This document shows, in pieces, positions 15,749 to 16,205 of a stretch of 16,205 bases of DNA. The notes under the pieces are model-generated. The model was given only the letters and a program-made list of their open reading frames with translations. It made no database searches and was not told where the DNA came from. Position numbers and translations under genes: made by a program. Within the stretch, counting starts at the first letter, position 1; every line of letters begins with the position of its first letter. Origin of the DNA: Endomicrobiales bacterium (GTDB lineage: Bacteria; Elusimicrobiota; Endomicrobiia; Endomicrobiales; JALOBY01); the NCBI GenBank assembly GCA_963796955.1, contig CAWCNJ010000001.1, positions 1 to 16,205 of the forward strand, in the 5' to 3' direction.

Positions 15749-16205
15749 ATGTACCGTCGCTTATCGCTTCCGGTCCTTACTTTAATGCTGCTTTCAGTTA
15801 CGCTGCCTGCCGGTGCCGCAATGATAGACGATTTTGATTATGTAAAGCAGAGCGCCTTTCAGTTCAAGGACGACGCCGGTTCAACGTTGTCGGCGGGCGC
15901 CAAACCCGCCGAGGCCGACCGGGGCCGCGTCATGGTTCTGGATTATGATATAAAGCCCAAAGGCTGGGCGGGTTGGGGCCTGAACCTGGGCGGGCTGAAC
16001 GTTACCGACAGCGATTTCCTGTCTTTTATGGTCAAGGGCTCTGCTGAAGGAGAAAAATTCGATATCGGCCTTCTGGATAAAAAGGCGCTGAAAAAAATGG
16101 ACGCCTCGGCCTATCTGGAGGTAACGAAGGAATGGCGGTACTGTAAAGATCCCTCTTACCGCTTTTGCCGGTGTTGATACCAGAACCGTGGATTCTTTTG
16201 TGATA
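15749..16205 (+). CDS. Secreted CBM11-like protein, 3'-truncated by the window, apparent frameshift at ~16139
   Basis: Signal peptide, MIDDFD...LDY...GWAGWG...LSFMVKG...GEKFDIGL. Removing one base gives EWRTVKIPLTAFAGVDTRTVDSFVI, the expected W..V.IPL..F motif, open to the end. Confidence 0.8.

Noticed and set aside
15170..16205. GH144 and the last CBM gene as pseudogenes or programmed frameshifts
   Set aside because: Single-base indels cluster at the sequence end, compensate each other and leave motifs intact, with no slippery sites. This fits sequencing error.

Overview
Bacterial window of about 52% GC. The gene content suggests a diderm such as Elusimicrobiota or Omnitrophota, but this is inference only. 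Both ends are indel-rich, consistent with a low-coverage long-read contig. (1) Bases 1-1528 are an imperfect fold-back inverted duplication centred near 740, most likely an artifact. Its good arm carries a truncated dCMP deaminase, a SemiSWEET/PQ-loop transporter and ybaB/ebfC. (2) Bases 1548-4311 hold an SOS mutagenesis cassette: lexA, a small DUF6504-like gene and dinB. It has a consensus sigma70 promoter whose spacer is a perfect palindrome (candidate LexA box GATAC-N4-GTATC). Between the small gene and dinB lie two ~190-nt rod-shaped hairpins that are oppositely oriented homologs, with conserved loops and fully covarying stems. This is the most striking unexplained element. (3) Bases 4304-5181 on the minus strand encode a flavin reductase, a rubredoxin and a small membrane protein; one in-frame TGA splits an Hrb-like fusion. 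(4) Bases 5325 to the end are a LacI-led operon. It has two beta-1,2-glucanase-clan (Glycoamylase/GH144-like) enzymes, at least seven CBM11/CIA30-like modules on different anchors, a PorV/PorQ-like barrel and a HAMP membrane protein, with no transporter visible.
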